Assembly (NCBI GenBank): GCA_001179505.1
Contig: CDMY01000040.1
Span: 141,155-205,154, forward strand
Direction of reading: 5' to 3'
Origin: Vitrella brassicaformis CCMP3155
Taxonomy: Eukaryota > Protista > Chromerida
Length of the DNA stretch: 64,000 bases
Positions 62,321-64,000 of the stretch are shown here, piece after piece. The notes beneath the pieces are model-generated. The model was not told the DNA's origin, searched no databases, and saw nothing but the letters and a program-made list of their open reading frames with translations. The translations under genes and the position numbers were made by a program. How positions within the stretch are numbered: the first letter of the stretch is position 1; each line of letters begins with the position of its first letter.

Positions 62321-63786
62321 TTAATACTTCTCCTTGTATTTGTAGTTGCAGAAGAGCTGTGCGCCCCTCTCTGGCTTGACAAACTTACCGTCGACCACAA
62401 GCCCGTCGTCGACCTCCGATGGCGGCGTCTCGGGACACTCATTCTCCGCCTCTACACACACACATGCAAACAAAATACACCCACAAACATGTACTATCAT
62501 GTATATCGTATATATCCGATTCACGTATTCATACCCTCTTTGGTGGTGCATCGGCCGAGATATTTTTTTTTGATGGAAGGCTTGTGAGGATCGTAATCGA
62601 TTCGCTGGTGGAGCTTGCAGATCTTGTCGGGGTCGTGAGTGTTCTTTGTGCCTTCTACGGTACAAGGGCCTCTTGGGGCGGCCTCATTTTCGGGCCTATC
62701 TCGTTCCCAGCCTGATTATACGCGAATTGGTTGAAGATCTTCAAAACGCATGTGCCCCCTGACGGACGGAGGGAAAGAGAACGTATACACAGGACATACA
62801 TGAAAGAAACACACGCCCATATACGTATTGGCCTGTGTACCGCCTTGGGCCTCTTTTGTTTATTTCGGTCTGTGCTCATGTCTATCTCCTTCATTCGCTC
62901 ACTTTTAGCGGATAGTATTTGCAGCTGTTGCTCGGCCATGCTGATAGTCTTGAGGGCAGTTCTGACCATATCATTGCTCGTTTTGCTCAGCTGGTTGGCA
63001 GCGGCCATGATCTGCTTGGCCTGCTGCACTTGAGCACGGAGCATCGACAACGACATGCCTGAACACACGCGCACACACACACATGCGCTTGCGTCATGTC
63101 CGCCTGCCGCCCGCATACAAGGACAGAAGCGCACGGCAGGCAGATCTCATTCATACCCTGCACGTGTCGAGAGAGATCCTTGGCCATCTGGGCCTCCTCT
63201 AGCTGGGAAGCCACCGCAGCTGCATGCGTGGGTGAACAGGGAGGATCTATGCGCTACGTGCGGACGGATGGCCTCTGCCTTCTCTTGATTGGTGTGGGGG
63301 CGTCCGTGTGTGTATCTGTGTAGCTGCACACGTACGTACCGGCTGCTTTGGTGATGTCGGCCGTGGCGGCCAGTTCGTGGGCAGCTGTGTTGAGCTTGTA
63401 TGCGGCCGTGATGGTGGTGCTGGCCTTGTCTAGTTGCAGCTGCACGAGCGCCATCTGCTGGGCCTCAAACGCCGACACCTCACCAACTGCACACGCATAT
63501 GACACATCAACACACAGAGATCTCGACTGCACGAATGGACGGATGGATGGGCGAGGCCACCTACCGTGCCCGTAACGGTCCACCGACACTTCTGCACCCA
63601 TCACAAATGCAAGAGAATAGCAACAGCACGCGAATTGGACAGATCTGCCATGATTTATGGTCCGTTCGGTGCGTGTGCGCTTCCTCGCGGCTCACGTCGG
63701 TCACCGGTGCGCTGGCCGGCCAGCAGAGGCTGGACGAGGGCCGCAAGGCCAACCAACAGGATGGCAACGACGCCGAAACGCATCAT
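62321..63786 (-). CDS. Secreted protein with Ala/Gln-rich coiled-coil region and Cys-containing C-terminus
   Basis: Signal peptide MMRFGVVAILLVGLAALVQPLLA. Exons VSAFEAQQMALVQLQLDKAS...|AAVASQLEEAQMAKDLSRHVQ|GMSLSMLRAQVQQAKQIMAAANQL..., KICKLHQRIDY...RCTTKE|EAENECPETPP...LFCNYKYKEKY*. One junction near 62700-62840 is unresolved. Confidence 0.65.
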
Positions 63787-64000
63787 CGAGGCAGGCTCCG
63801 CAAGTATGAGAAACTATGTGCACGCTCGGGCGCTTAAAGATATCTCTCTCTGGGAGAGAGAGAGAGGGAGGGGGGGAGGGTGTAAGAATAGGTGGGAGAG
63901 AGTCGGGGAGAATGGTGAAGAGAGGATCTGCCGGGCGGTCAGTCCCGGATAAAGGATTAAGTCAATGCAACGTAAGGTCTGTGGATTTTGTGGAGAGTCC

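Noticed and set aside
1-64000. rRNA, tRNA and CRISPR arrays, and the many short or antisense ORFs in the track
   Set aside because: No recognisable RNA gene folds or regularly spaced repeat-spacer arrays; tandem repeats are simple microsatellites. Most listed ORFs are shadow frames of GC-rich exons or intron read-through.

Overview
GC-rich, intron-dense eukaryotic nuclear DNA. Short GT-AG introns are full of (CA)n, (GACA)n and (GGAT)n repeats; this style and the gene content suggest a chromerid alveolate such as Vitrella brassicaformis (inference). I found no rRNA, tRNA or CRISPR arrays. Genes reconstructed by hand across introns include a PP2C phosphatase, a PIAS/Siz-type SP-RING SUMO ligase, a ~9 kb TmcB/TmcC-like polytopic membrane protein, a secreted Cys-rich protein, an SDR oxidoreductase, a FAM161-like ciliary protein, two paralogous polytopic membrane proteins in a 3.2 kb duplication, a secreted DNase I-like (EEP) nuclease, a large secreted PAN/Apple-LamG-(BNR/ulvan-lyase-like propeller) locus and several hypothetical genes. 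Three items stand out. (1) A 3.3 kb insert encodes a signal-peptide-bearing P-loop NTPase plus PD-(D/E)XK nuclease (Crinkler/RHS-like architecture). It is flanked by 254-bp direct repeats of the host SDR 5' end and has a fold-back palindrome at its junction. (2) The same fold-back signature recurs at the end of the 3.2 kb duplication. (3) A bacterial-type polysaccharide-lyase-like beta-propeller is spread over small exons, bracketed by 78-bp inverted repeats, and lies downstream of PAN/LamG modules divergently paired with a secreted nuclease. All calls are by-eye motif recognition without database searches, and exon boundaries are manual.
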